NCBI GenBank assembly: GCA_963767005.1
Contig: CAVYCN010000003.1
Span: 32,001 to 96,000 of the forward strand
Direction: 5' to 3'
Source: an uncultured Actinomycetes bacterium
GTDB lineage: Bacteria > Actinomycetota > Thermoleophilia > UBA2241
DNA length: 64,000 nucleotides
Shown: positions 30,827 through 40,380 of the stretch, in pieces
How the letters are laid out: every line of letters starts with the position of its first letter
Position numbering within the stretch: the stretch's first letter is position 1
Notes under the pieces: generated by a model
What the model was told of the DNA's origin: nothing
The model's input: the letters and a program-made list of their open reading frames with translations, nothing else
Database searches by the model: none
Program-made: the position numbers and the translations under genes

Positions 30827-30875
30827 TTGACAGCCACAGTATTCTGTTAGAGACTACCAGTAGTTAGTCTCTAAC
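30827..30875 (+). promoter_or_regulatory. TTGACA -35 element and palindromic TetR operator
   Basis: GTTAGAGACTA-N8-TAGTCTCTAAC (30846-30875) upstream of the MFS-TetR pair. Confidence 0.7.
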
Positions 30876-30883
30876 GAAGGGAT

Positions 30884-32527
30884 GTGGCTGCTATGACGAT
30901 CATCGGTGCGCGCCGCTGGTGGGCCCTGGGCGCGATCACCCTGGCGGTGCTGGCCGTCGGTATGGATGTCACGGTGCTGAGCATCGCCCTGCCCACGCTG
31001 GCCGGGGCGCTGAAGGCCAGCGAGTCTGATCTGCAGTGGTTCTCCTCGGGCTACGCCCTCGTTTTGGCCGCCGCCATGCTGCCGGCCGGGCTGCTCGGCG
31101 ACCGCTACGGACGCAAGAAGGTCCTGCTCGGTTCGCTTGGTCTCTTTGCCGTGGGTTCGCTTGCCTGTGCCCTGTCGCGCTCACCCGATCAGTTCCTCGT
31201 CAGCCGCGTGGTCTTGGGCCTGGCCGGCGCCGGGGTCATCGTCATGGCGATCTCCGCACTGACCGTGATGTTCTTAGAGGCGGAGCGCCCCCGCGCCGTG
31301 GGCATCTGGGCGGCGGCCAACTTCCTCGCCTTTCCCATCGGCCCGATCCTCGGCGGCTGGCTGCTCACCCACTTCTGGTGGGGCTGGGTGTTTCTGCTCA
31401 ACGTGCCGGTAGCGGCCATCGGCCTTGCCGCAGTCGTGGCGCTAGTACCCGAGTCGCGCGCCCCGATCCGCCCGGGTCTCGACTGGCTCGGCGTGTGTGC
31501 CTCAAGCGCCGGACTTGCCGTCATGACGTACGGCCTGATCGAGGCCGGCCAGCACGGCTGGAGCAGCGCCGGCGCCCTGCTTGCCATCGTCTGCGGGGTC
31601 GCGTTGCTGGGGGCCTTCTTTGCCTGGGAGCGACGGCTCACACGCCAGCCGGCGGGCCAGCCGCTCGTCGACCTCGGCCTCTTTGGGTCGGCCTCCTTTA
31701 CCTGGGGCGTGCTGCTCATGACGATCATGACGCTCGCCATGATCGGCATCATGTTCACCATGCCGCAGTACTTCCAGGCCGTGCTCGGGACAAGTGCTCA
31801 GGGCTCCGGCTTGCGCCTGCTGACGCTGGTCGGAGGCCTCCTGATCGGCGCCCTGCCGGCCGATCGCCTGGCGCGCCGCTTGGGCGCCAAGATCACGGTT
31901 GTGATCGGCTTTCTCGTGCTGGCCGCCGGTCTGGGTCTGGGCGCCCAGACCAGCCTCTCGTCAGGCGGCACCTTCGTCGCTGCCTGGATGGCCCTGGCCG
32001 GTGTCGGCGTGGGCATCACGATGGCGACCACCGCCTCGGCCGCCCTCTCTGAGCTCTCGGCTGACAAGGCGGGCGTGGGCTCGGGCGTCCTGCAGGCCCT
32101 CAAGAACGTGGGGGCGCCCTTCGGCGCGGCCGTGCTGGGCAGCGTGCTGGCCGCAAGCTACCGCAGCCACCTCGCTCTGCCCGGTCTGTCTGGCCCCATC
32201 GCAGGCGCAGTGCGCGGCAGCGTCTTCGCCGGCCTGGCCGTTGCCGAGAAGCTGGGCACGCCGGCGCTCGCCGTCTCGGTGCGTGGCGCCTTTGTTAGTG
32301 GTATGGATGCGGCCCTGTGGGTATCGGTAGGATTCGCTTTAGCCGGCAGCGTCCTGGCCCTGGCCTTCCTGCCCGCGCGAAACGCAGTGCGCGAGACCGC
32401 AAGCAAAGGAGCAGACTCCGAAGATGAGCTCATCGTCGCAGAGCAAGCCGACCCGCCTCAGCCTGCGCGAGCGCAAGAAGCTCAAGACCCATCTCGCCAT
32501 CCAGCGCCAGGCGCTTCGTCTCTTTAG
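30884..32527 (+). CDS. DHA2 (EmrB/QacA-like) MFS efflux protein
   Basis: D.TVL.IALP, GLLGDRYGRKK, GP.LGG, W..VFLLNVP. Confidence 0.93.
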   Translation: MAAMTIIGARRWWALGAITLAVLAVGMDVTVLSIALPTLAGALKASESDLQWFSSGYALVLAAAMLPAGLLGDRYGRKKVLLGSLGLFAVGSLACALSRSPDQFLVSRVVLGLAGAGVIVMAISALTVMFLEAERPRAVGIWAAANFLAFPIGPILGGWLLTHFWWGWVFLLNVPVAAIGLAAVVALVPESRAPIRPGLDWLGVCASSAGLAVMTYGLIEAGQHGWSSAGALLAIVCGVALLGAFFAWERRLTRQPAGQPLVDLGLFGSASFTWGVLLMTIMTLAMIGIMFTMPQYFQAVLGTSAQGSGLRLLTLVGGLLIGALPADRLARRLGAKITVVIGFLVLAAGLGLGAQTSLSSGGTFVAAWMALAGVGVGITMATTASAALSELSADKAGVGSGVLQALKNVGAPFGAAVLGSVLAASYRSHLALPGLSGPIAGAVRGSVFAGLAVAEKLGTPALAVSVRGAFVSGMDAALWVSVGFALAGSVLALAFLPARNAVRETASKGADSEDELIVAEQADPPQPARAQEAQDPSRHPAPGASSL

Positions 32528-33032
32528 AAAGCAAGGTTACGAGATGACCACGGTCGAGCAGATCGCCGCGGCCGCCGAGGTCTCACAGACCACCTTCTTT
32601 CGCTACTTCGGCAGCAAGCAGGACGTCGTGCTCCACGACGCGCTTGACCCGCTGGCGATCGCGGCTCTGGAGGCCCAGCCGGCCGAGCTCTCGCCCGTGC
32701 AGGCCCTGCGCCGCGCGGTGCGCGAGGTCTACGCTGGCCTTGACGCCCAGGAGCTTGCTTCAGAGCGCGAACGTCAGACGCTGATCCGCTCCACACCCGA
32801 GCTGTGGACCGGCATGCTGAGCGACGTCACGGGCGCACTTGGCATGTTCTGCGAGGTGATCGCGCGGCGCACCGGGCGCAAGGCAGACGACATCGCCGTG
32901 CTCACCTTGGCCGGCGCCGTCTTTGGCGCCGGCATCGCGGTCTGGCTCAGCCGCCCCGCCGAGGATGTGGATGACTTTCTCGAGCTCTTCGACGCCGCCT
33001 TAGCCCAGCTCGAGGCGGGCCTGGCCTTGTAA
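32424..33032 (+). CDS. TetR family regulator
   Basis: LRERKK, TTVEQIAAAAEVSQTTFFRYFGSK. Confidence 0.92.
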   Translation: MSSSSQSKPTRLSLRERKKLKTHLAIQRQALRLFRKQGYEMTTVEQIAAAAEVSQTTFFRYFGSKQDVVLHDALDPLAIAALEAQPAELSPVQALRRAVREVYAGLDAQELASERERQTLIRSTPELWTGMLSDVTGALGMFCEVIARRTGRKADDIAVLTLAGAVFGAGIAVWLSRPAEDVDDFLELFDAALAQLEAGLAL

Positions 33033-33225
33033 GGTAGCTCGCATGGTGGACCGCCGTCATGGGCTTGGGCGTGAGCAAGTGGGTCGGCACGCTCTTTGAC
33101 GCGACACTGGGTAACGTTGGCAGCGACGGAGACAGCGGCGCCAGTGACTCGCCGAGCGCCGTCCAGCAGCTCGCCACCGTGATCGGCGCCGCAGCGTGTA
33201 GCAGTAGGGAAGGGTCCGTGCACTC

Positions 33226-33888
33226 ATGAACGACAAGATGACGACGACCGATGGGAGCGTGTCACCCGAGCAGTTCTGGGATGCTCGCTACGGCCAATCC
33301 AACCCGATCTGGAGCGGAGAGCCCAACACTGTTCTCGTGCGTGAGGCGGCGAAGCTGTCGCCCGGAAGAGCCCTTGACCTGGGCTGCGGAGAGGGCGCCG
33401 ACGCCATCTGGCTCGCCCGGCAGGGCTGGCAGGTCACTGCCGTCGACATCTCGCAGATCGCCCTCGACCGCGCTGAGCAACACGCAGCAGCTGCCAGCGT
33501 CGGGCGTCTCATCGACTGGCAACGTTGTGACCTGGGGGCGTCCTTCCCGGCCGGCACCTTCGATCTGGTCTCCGCCCAGTTCCTGCAGTCCGAAGTCGAA
33601 CTGCCTCGCGAGGCGATCCTGAGCGCCGCCGCGGCAGCAGTGGCGCCTGGAGGCATTCTGCTCATCGTCGGGCACGCCGGGCCTCCCTCCTGGGTGAAGC
33701 CCAATCCCAACGTGCAACTGCCTACTTCGGAAGAGGTCATGGCGGCACTGGATCTGTCGATGGACCACTGGGAGCTTCTGCTCAGCGAGGAATACGAGCA
33801 GTGCCTGACGGACCCGGACGGGCAGCCCGCTACGCGCACGAACATCACTCTCGAACTGCGCCGTCTCACAATGAACCCTGTCGCGTAG
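33226..33888 (+). CDS. Class I SAM-dependent methyltransferase
   Basis: WSGEPN, ALDLGCGEGAD, VTAVDIS, FDLVSAQF. Confidence 0.92.
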   Translation: MNDKMTTTDGSVSPEQFWDARYGQSNPIWSGEPNTVLVREAAKLSPGRALDLGCGEGADAIWLARQGWQVTAVDISQIALDRAEQHAAAASVGRLIDWQRCDLGASFPAGTFDLVSAQFLQSEVELPREAILSAAAAAVAPGGILLIVGHAGPPSWVKPNPNVQLPTSEEVMAALDLSMDHWELLLSEEYEQCLTDPDGQPATRTNITLELRRLTMNPVA

Positions 33889-34109
33889 CGCAGGCGACTC
33901 CATGGACGAACGACAAGGCGGGACGCCGGACGGACGGCAAGACTTCTTGTTGAGTCCGACCGACGGGGCGTCGTTCCTTCAACCGACATCTCAGACAACG
34001 GCGACGAGATGTCATCAAGTACAGACAGCGACTCCCCTCTCTCGGTACCCGAGAAGGTGGCATCCTACGTGAGCGCACATCATCAGCTCCGCCCAATAGG
34101 TAGTCGTTC

Positions 34110-35315
34110 GTGAGCAACATGAACTGGTCTTCCCCCGCATCATCCGACTGGACAGACGACGCCTGCCGTCACTGGTTGTGGCGCACGCTCTATAGCGCAG
34201 ATGGCTCAACCTCGTACTGCCCAAGCTGCGAAACGAAGCGAACGTTTCATCGACTGCGCGGCCGGTCGGCTTACAGCTGCAGCGCCTGCGGTCATCAGAT
34301 TGCTCCGACCGCAGGAACGATCTTCCACAAGTCCAAGACCTCACTGGCACTGTGGTTTCGGGCAGTTGCGCTAGCCGCCGATAGTGACCGGCGCGTGACC
34401 GCTCGCGAACTCGCTCAGACGCTCGGCGTCAGCTACCGCACGGCGCGCAGAATGCTCGGAATCATCCGGAGTGAGCTTGCAAGGCGCGATCGAGAGGCTA
34501 ATCGCACTGGAGTCGATGATCCAGCGGGGTCGCCAGGGGCATCCGCGAGGTCTGGCAGCGATCGTGACTTGTTCGGGCTCATCTTAGACGAGTCTAGGTC
34601 TCCTGAACCATCGTGGGCGCAACGGGCAACAGGTCGCTCCGCCCCGAGTGAGCGACAGGGCAGCCCGTCGCGGTTCGCGTCAGTCCGCGACGCCACAAGA
34701 GAGCGAATCCTTGCCGCGACCTGTCGGGCGATAGTGGCAAAGGGCATGGCGGCCGTGCGCGTCAGCGATATCGCCAGGGACGCAGGACTTTCCACCGCAA
34801 CCGTTCACTACTACTTCGAGACCAGAGACGACGTCCTGTTCGCTGCAGCGAAATGGCATAACCTGCGCGAAACTCTGCGCCGTGCGGAAATCGTCGAGAG
34901 CAATCTCTCGCCTGTGGCCAAGTTGCTGTCGTTCCTTGAGGCCTCTATGCCACCAAACGGGTTCGGACGCGACGAGGCCTTGATCAGGTACGACTTGTGG
35001 GGCCGCGCGATGCGAGATGCCCGCTACCGAGAGATCCTCCAGCCCCTGCGCGAGGAGTGGCGGAGTCAGGTGGTGGCGATTCTCAACGAGGGAGTTCTCT
35101 CGGGCGACTTTCGCACAGAAGTGTCGTTTGATCTTGAAGTCGAGGAGTTCTTGGCCGTCCTTGACAGCTACTCGTTCCAGTACCTGATCGGCTACGAATG
35201 GATGACCGCCGAGCGCATGTGGGCCCTCCTCACGGACTTCACTCGTCGTCACCTTGGCATCTCAGATAGCAGGATGCGAGAGGCGAGAGCAAGCCTCGAA
35301 GACACGGACAGTTAA
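34110..35315 (+). CDS. Fusion of IS1595-type Zn-ribbon/HTH and TetR (BetI-like) regulator
   Basis: CPSC..YSCSACGHQIAPTAGTIFHKSK.SL..WF..ELAQTLGVSYRTA, then TetR HTH DIARDAGLSTATVHYYF; no DDE domain. Confidence 0.85.
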   Translation: MSNMNWSSPASSDWTDDACRHWLWRTLYSADGSTSYCPSCETKRTFHRLRGRSAYSCSACGHQIAPTAGTIFHKSKTSLALWFRAVALAADSDRRVTARELAQTLGVSYRTARRMLGIIRSELARRDREANRTGVDDPAGSPGASARSGSDRDLFGLILDESRSPEPSWAQRATGRSAPSERQGSPSRFASVRDATRERILAATCRAIVAKGMAAVRVSDIARDAGLSTATVHYYFETRDDVLFAAAKWHNLRETLRRAEIVESNLSPVAKLLSFLEASMPPNGFGRDEALIRYDLWGRAMRDARYREILQPLREEWRSQVVAILNEGVLSGDFRTEVSFDLEVEEFLAVLDSYSFQYLIGYEWMTAERMWALLTDFTRRHLGISDSRMREARASLEDTDS

Positions 35316-35425
35316 ACCAGACTCCGGCGCTCACGTGGTTTTGCCGTAACGTGGGTTAACTGTCACTCTCCCAGAATCTCCACCGGTCACTCAGACTTCG
35401 AACCGTGCACCCTGCTTCTGCCTGA

Positions 35426-35454
35426 TTGACCTTTAACCCACGTTATACTAATCT
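35426..35454 (+). promoter_or_regulatory. Promoter TTGACC-17-TAATCT with a 13-bp box in its spacer
   Basis: TTAACCCACGTTA (35433-35445) has an exact inverted copy at 35347-35359. Confidence 0.6.
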
Positions 35455-35511
35455 TCGAGTCAGTCATTGTAGCTCGGTCTGCCGGACGAACCCACATGCC
35501 AAGGAGGGGAC

Positions 35512-35709
35512 ATGTTCAGCGTCTATGACGCGCAGATCATGAAAGAGGTGAAAGAGCGTCTGAGGCCGCCGTCAGAAGCCGAATACAACCGAGTGACCGC
35601 CACCTGGCTGTTTGGCAAGAACGCGGAAAAGATGCTCCAGTACGCACCGTTCAGTTTCATTCTCACGAAGCTCATGTGGCGAAGGGGTGAAGAGCCGTGG
35701 GCGAAGTAG
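35512..35709 (+). CDS. Small hypothetical protein (65 aa)
   Basis: AAGGAGG RBS; overlaps the corrinoid gene start. Confidence 0.55.
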   Translation: MFSVYDAQIMKEVKERLRPPSEAEYNRVTATWLFGKNAEKMLQYAPFSFILTKLMWRRGEEPWAK

Positions 35710-36344
35710 CGCAGGCTATCGCGGCCCTCGACGCCGCATCCGCACGCTCCGCAACGAGACAAGCCTTGGACGCCGGCATCGACGCTATGTCGCTTCTGGA
35801 GGACGCTCGTCTCGGGCTGCAGGAAGTCGGTGATCGTTTCGACCGGGGCGAGTACTACCTGGTTGAGCTCGTGCGCGCGTCTCAAGTCTTCCAAGAGGTG
35901 GCGCAGCTCCTGAATCCGGAACTGCAGGCTCGGTACGGCAACGCAACGACTCGAGGCAAAGTGTTGCTTGGCACCGTGGCAGGCGACATCCACGACCTCG
36001 GCAAGAGCATCGTCAAGGTCTTGCTCGAGTGTCGTGGCGTCGAAGTGATGGACCTTGGCGTCGACGTGCCTGCCGAGAGGTTCATCGAAGCCGTGCGGGC
36101 GTTTCAGCCCCAGGTTGTTGGCATGTCGGCCCTTCTCACGGCGGCCATTCCCCAGTTTCGCTCGACTCTTGACGCCATGGCCGCCGCGGGAGTGCGAGAC
36201 AGCGTGAGAGTAATCGTGGGAGGGGGCACGGTCGCGGATCTCCACAAATCTGAGGTAGCTGCAGACCACGTCGCCAGTGACGCCAGCGAAGGTGTCGAGA
36301 AGATGCTGACCTGGCTCGATTCGGTACCCCCTACCGCCAGGTGA
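35697..36344 (+). CDS. Methyltransferase corrinoid protein
   Basis: GDIHDLGK B12 motif, DLGVDV, GMSALLT, VGGG. Confidence 0.92.
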   Translation: MGEVAQAIAALDAASARSATRQALDAGIDAMSLLEDARLGLQEVGDRFDRGEYYLVELVRASQVFQEVAQLLNPELQARYGNATTRGKVLLGTVAGDIHDLGKSIVKVLLECRGVEVMDLGVDVPAERFIEAVRAFQPQVVGMSALLTAAIPQFRSTLDAMAAAGVRDSVRVIVGGGTVADLHKSEVAADHVASDASEGVEKMLTWLDSVPPTAR

Positions 36345-36354
36345 GGAGGCGGTC

Positions 36355-37515
36355 ATGCCAGAAACGATGTCGCACTACGAGCGCATGCGAGCGGCCTGGA
36401 ACTGCGAGATCCCTGATCGTGTTCCCGTCATGCCCATGACGCTCTTCGTCGTCGCCCGCCAAGGCGGGATAACCATAGGTGAGTTCATCCGAGAGCCCGA
36501 GAAGTTCTTACGGGCAGCCCTGGACTGCCTGGACTTCATCGGCGACGCGCAACACCCGGGCATCAATGGCGCCAATCACATGTCACTGCTCGGCCATGCG
36601 GGCTGGGACATGACGACACTGGACTGGCGGCTCTGGGACGAGTTCCCTCCAAACGGCAACCTGCCGAGCATCTACGAGAAGATTCTCATCGACGACTACG
36701 ACGATGTCATGGACCGTGGGTTTGCCACAGTCATCTTCTCGACTGCCATAGAGAACGGTGTGCACAATCGTTCCATTGACGACTTCCTCTACTACCAGTT
36801 TGAACACACCAAGGTGATCTCTTCGCTGTGGCACCGGTTCTACCAAGAGACCGGCATCCCCATCCTCATGGGTGCCCGCGCGGAGCATCCTCTGGACATG
36901 CTGCAGTCATATCGTGGCATCAATCAGCTTGTGGAAGACATGTACACCGTCCCAGACAAGCTGCTTGATTTCATGAGCTGGCTTGCTGACTACGAGGTCA
37001 TGCAGGCCACCCGAGAAGCTCTCACCATGGGTGCCGGCGAGTTGCCGGGTGCCGAGAACGTCTTCTTCTACAACGGCGCGCCCCCTGGGCTGCCACCGGG
37101 ACTCTACGACGAGCTCTATCTCCCCATAGCACGGAAGATGATCAACGCCTGGGTCGACCGCGGATTCAACGTCTGGTGCCATTTCGACAACGACCAGACC
37201 CCTCATCTGGAGAGCATCAAGACATTCGCCGATGGCATCCCCAGGGGAAGAGTGCTGCTTGACTTCGAGAAGACCAACATGAAGCAAGCCAAGGAAGTTC
37301 TCGGCGGCACGCTGGCAATCTGTGGCAACGTGCCGTCGATGCTGCTGGTCTATGGCACACCGGACGAGGTCGACGCCTACTGCAAGAAGCTCATCGAGGA
37401 CTGTGCGCCCGGAGGCGGCTACGTGCTGGGCGTCGAATGCGAAACTCCTTGGGACGCGAAACGCGAGAACATCGTCGCGATGAAAGAGGCTGCCACCAAG
37501 TACGGAATGTACTGA
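36355..37515 (+). CDS. Uroporphyrinogen-decarboxylase-family methyltransferase (MtaA/CmuA-like)
   Basis: DRVPV, H.D, GNVP..L..GTPDEV, GGGYVL...C. Confidence 0.85.
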   Translation: MPETMSHYERMRAAWNCEIPDRVPVMPMTLFVVARQGGITIGEFIREPEKFLRAALDCLDFIGDAQHPGINGANHMSLLGHAGWDMTTLDWRLWDEFPPNGNLPSIYEKILIDDYDDVMDRGFATVIFSTAIENGVHNRSIDDFLYYQFEHTKVISSLWHRFYQETGIPILMGARAEHPLDMLQSYRGINQLVEDMYTVPDKLLDFMSWLADYEVMQATREALTMGAGELPGAENVFFYNGAPPGLPPGLYDELYLPIARKMINAWVDRGFNVWCHFDNDQTPHLESIKTFADGIPRGRVLLDFEKTNMKQAKEVLGGTLAICGNVPSMLLVYGTPDEVDAYCKKLIEDCAPGGGYVLGVECETPWDAKRENIVAMKEAATKYGMY

Positions 37516-37561
37516 GTCGCAAGTGCATGCTCACGGGCGTGAGCTCGCCTAGAACGCGGGC

Positions 37562-38653
37562 TCACGCCCGTGTCTGTGCGCCAGAAGCCCCGCTCTTCAA
37601 GAGTTGGCCACGAACGGCCGGCATCTGCGCGTGGCGATCGCGACCGGCGGCAGACCCCGCCGCTACGGCGCCGGGCACGATGCGGGTGCCCGAGCGCCCG
37701 TCCATGGCCGGCACGACCTCGGTCAGGCCGGCGATGATCGAGGTGCCGCCCTCGCGGGCGAAGCGCAGGCAGGCGTTGACCTTGGGCCCCATCGAGCCGG
37801 CCTTGAAGTGGCCGGCGGCGGCGTACTCTTCCATCTCGGCGACCGTGACCTGGTCGAGGGCACGCTGCTCGGGCGTGTTGTACCCCAGGTAGACCTTGGG
37901 CACGTCGGTCAGGATGAGCAGCACGTCGGCGCCGACCTGGCGCGCGAGCAGGGCGGCGGCGAGATCCTTGTCGATGACCGCCGCGATGCCGTGGAGCTGG
38001 CCGCCCCGCTGGCGCACGACCGGTATGCCGCCGCCGCCCGAGCAGATCACGAGGCTGCCGGCCGCGATGAGGGCTGCGATCGCCGGGCCCGGTACGATCT
38101 CGCGGGGCTCGGGGCTGGGCACCACACGACGCCAGCCGCGGCCGGCGTCCTCGCGCATGGCCAGGCCCTCTTCGATCATCATCTTCTGGGCCTCGGCGGC
38201 GGTGTAGAACGGCCCGACCGGCTTTGACGGGTCGGCGAAGGCCGGGTCGGCGGCGTCGACCGCCACCTGCGTGAGCACCGTGGCGACCGGCGCGGCGAGC
38301 CGGCGCCGCGCCAGGTGGTTGCAGAGCGCCTGCTCGAGCATGTAGCCGATCTGGCCCTGGCTCTCGGCCCCGCAGACGTCCATGGGCATGGGCGCCACGG
38401 TCGAGGCGGCCAGGGCGTTCTGGATGAGCAGGTTGCCCACCTGCGGCCCGTTGCCGTGCGTCAGCACGACCTCCCAGCCCGCTTCGACGAGCTCGGCGAT
38501 GCGGCGCATCGCGGCGTCGACGTTGACGAGCTGCTCCTCGAAGGTGCCGAGCTGGCCGGGCTGCAGGATGGCGTTGCCGCCGAGGGCCACCACCACGGTC
38601 TTGCCGGCGCCTTTGCGGGCGCGCTGCGCTGCGGCTCCGACCGGCGGCGTCAT
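37562..38653 (-). CDS. arcC: Carbamate kinase
   Basis: ALGGNAI, THGNGPQVG, KPVGPFY, RRVVPSP, VIDKD, GSMGPK. Confidence 0.96.
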   Translation of the reverse strand: MTPPVGAAAQRARKGAGKTVVVALGGNAILQPGQLGTFEEQLVNVDAAMRRIAELVEAGWEVVLTHGNGPQVGNLLIQNALAASTVAPMPMDVCGAESQGQIGYMLEQALCNHLARRRLAAPVATVLTQVAVDAADPAFADPSKPVGPFYTAAEAQKMMIEEGLAMREDAGRGWRRVVPSPEPREIVPGPAIAALIAAGSLVICSGGGGIPVVRQRGGQLHGIAAVIDKDLAAALLARQVGADVLLILTDVPKVYLGYNTPEQRALDQVTVAEMEEYAAAGHFKAGSMGPKVNACLRFAREGGTSIIAGLTEVVPAMDGRSGTRIVPGAVAAGSAAGRDRHAQMPAVRGQLLKSGASGAQTRA

Positions 38654-38720
38654 GAGACGCGCCTCGAGCCGCTGGACATCGTGCTGCGGCGGGCTGCTGC
38701 CATGGTCGCCGGCCCTGCGA

Positions 38721-38834
38721 TCAGGCGAGCAGGGCCGCGCCGACGTCGCGCAGCCGCGGGTCGGCCGGCAGCTCGTCGATGCCGATCAGCGCCAGCATGA
38801 GGCCCTTCTGGAAGTGCAGGCGGTTCTGCGCCTG
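38721..38834 (-). pseudogene. C-terminal remnant of an ornithine carbamoyltransferase
   Basis: QAQNRLHFQKGLMLALIG...* resembles the QAENRLH.QK terminus; directly upstream of arcC. Confidence 0.7.
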
Positions 38835-38863
38835 CGGACTGCTGCCCAGAAGACGCATCGTCC

Positions 38864-40366
38864 TCAGGGAAGATCGGCCGACAGCAGCGCCCGCTCATAC
38901 GGGCCCCACTCGTCCTCAGCGATCAGACCGTTGCCGCGGTAGTAATCGCGTGCCTCAGAGAGAATCTGCTCAACCTCGGCTTCTTGTTCTGCGCTAAGGG
39001 GCGCAGCTCTGTGGCTGGCCAGGATGTCCCCGGCCTTCTCCCTGGCACGTTGCACGATGTCGGTCTTGCCGCCACGGACCCAGTCAACGTGAGTGCCCCA
39101 GTCCGCCACGAACGGGTTATAGCGGTTGTACGCCCAGTACTTCCTCGTCAAGGGTCGGTTCATGAAGCTGGCCGGCGCCGTGCCGACTTCAAGCGACTCA
39201 TCAAGAGCGAGCGTCTCGTCATCGATCTCGCTTCCCTGAAGGAAGCGACCGATCGAGCCAGCGATATCCTCATCGAGAACCTGAAGAACGTTGCTATAAC
39301 CCAGTTCTCCGGCGAAGCTGCCCTGCAGAGTGTGCAGGTGGCTTCCCGTCATGACGGAGAACAGCAGACCGAGAGACTTCTCCATGCCCGCCTGGTAGTC
39401 GAACATCTTGGCCTGTCCACAGAACCCTGCAGCAGTCGTCACAGGCAGTCCGAACTCTCGACACATCTGGTTGGCCATGGCACGCGCGTACCACGTCTCC
39501 GGGGCGCACGAGAGGCCATGGGCCCACTTGGTGTGCACCACACCGTCACAGGGGTGCAGGCCAAGCGGCGTCCCTCTGTGGATGAGCTGGGTAATCACGG
39601 CGAACGCAATGGTGCCGGCCCAAGACTGGACGATGACGCTGGGAAGGGGACCTGGCGCCGTTGCACCCGCACGACCACCGGGCGAAGCCCAGACACACCA
39701 ACCCAACTCAGCGAATCGCCAAATCGCCTCGAGAGCCTCGTCTCCGAACGCCACCGGTGGGGCAACGTCGATCTCGGCATCGAGCGTGGCGCCAACCGCT
39801 TGAGCCATCCTGATCGCAAACTGATCGGCATCTTTCATGTAGCCGAAGTGCTGCGGCTTGACCGAGTAGCGTAGACCGTTGGCCAGGCCTTCGAGCTGCT
39901 GCATGATGCCCGGCACGCCCTCCAAATCGGTGAAGCTAAAGAGGGCGTCCATGACGTGGACGTTGGGCAGGGCGTCGCCGACGATCTGCACCTCGGCATG
40001 CTCACGCAAGGTTGCCGGACGAAGCTCCCAGGTGTCGGGGTCGACATAGCGCATGCCCATGCCCTGAAGGAAGTGCACTCTATCGCCGCCAACGTGGACG
40101 TCGAAGCGTCGGTCGCGTGCCTTGATGTGATAGCCAGACGGAACGGCCGCAAGACACTCCTCGGCGAGCCCCGGCTCTATGCGGACCAGATCATTGGCCT
40201 GATCAACGGCACACCCGGCCTCACGAAGCAGCTCGATCGTGCGTGCATGCCGAACAAAGACGCCACCGCTCTGCAGGAGCTCAAGAGCATCCTGATGGAT
40301 ACAAGAAACCTCTCTCTTAGAGAGAACGTCGACGGGCGCGAAACGACGTACATAGCCGGACTGCAT
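38864..40366 (-). CDS. MttB superfamily methyltransferase, non-pyrrolysine type
   Basis: LS......IH..AL.LL...GV; GFCGQAKMFDYQAGMEK region with no in-frame TAG; DETLALD. Confidence 0.88.
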   Translation of the reverse strand: MQSGYVRRFAPVDVLSKREVSCIHQDALELLQSGGVFVRHARTIELLREAGCAVDQANDLVRIEPGLAEECLAAVPSGYHIKARDRRFDVHVGGDRVHFLQGMGMRYVDPDTWELRPATLREHAEVQIVGDALPNVHVMDALFSFTDLEGVPGIMQQLEGLANGLRYSVKPQHFGYMKDADQFAIRMAQAVGATLDAEIDVAPPVAFGDEALEAIWRFAELGWCVWASPGGRAGATAPGPLPSVIVQSWAGTIAFAVITQLIHRGTPLGLHPCDGVVHTKWAHGLSCAPETWYARAMANQMCREFGLPVTTAAGFCGQAKMFDYQAGMEKSLGLLFSVMTGSHLHTLQGSFAGELGYSNVLQVLDEDIAGSIGRFLQGSEIDDETLALDESLEVGTAPASFMNRPLTRKYWAYNRYNPFVADWGTHVDWVRGGKTDIVQRAREKAGDILASHRAAPLSAEQEAEVEQILSEARDYYRGNGLIAEDEWGPYERALLSADLP

Positions 40367-40380
40367 CTTCAGGGCTCCTC

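Noticed and set aside
34110-34500. Active IS1595 element
   Set aside because: No DDE domain; the frame continues into TetR
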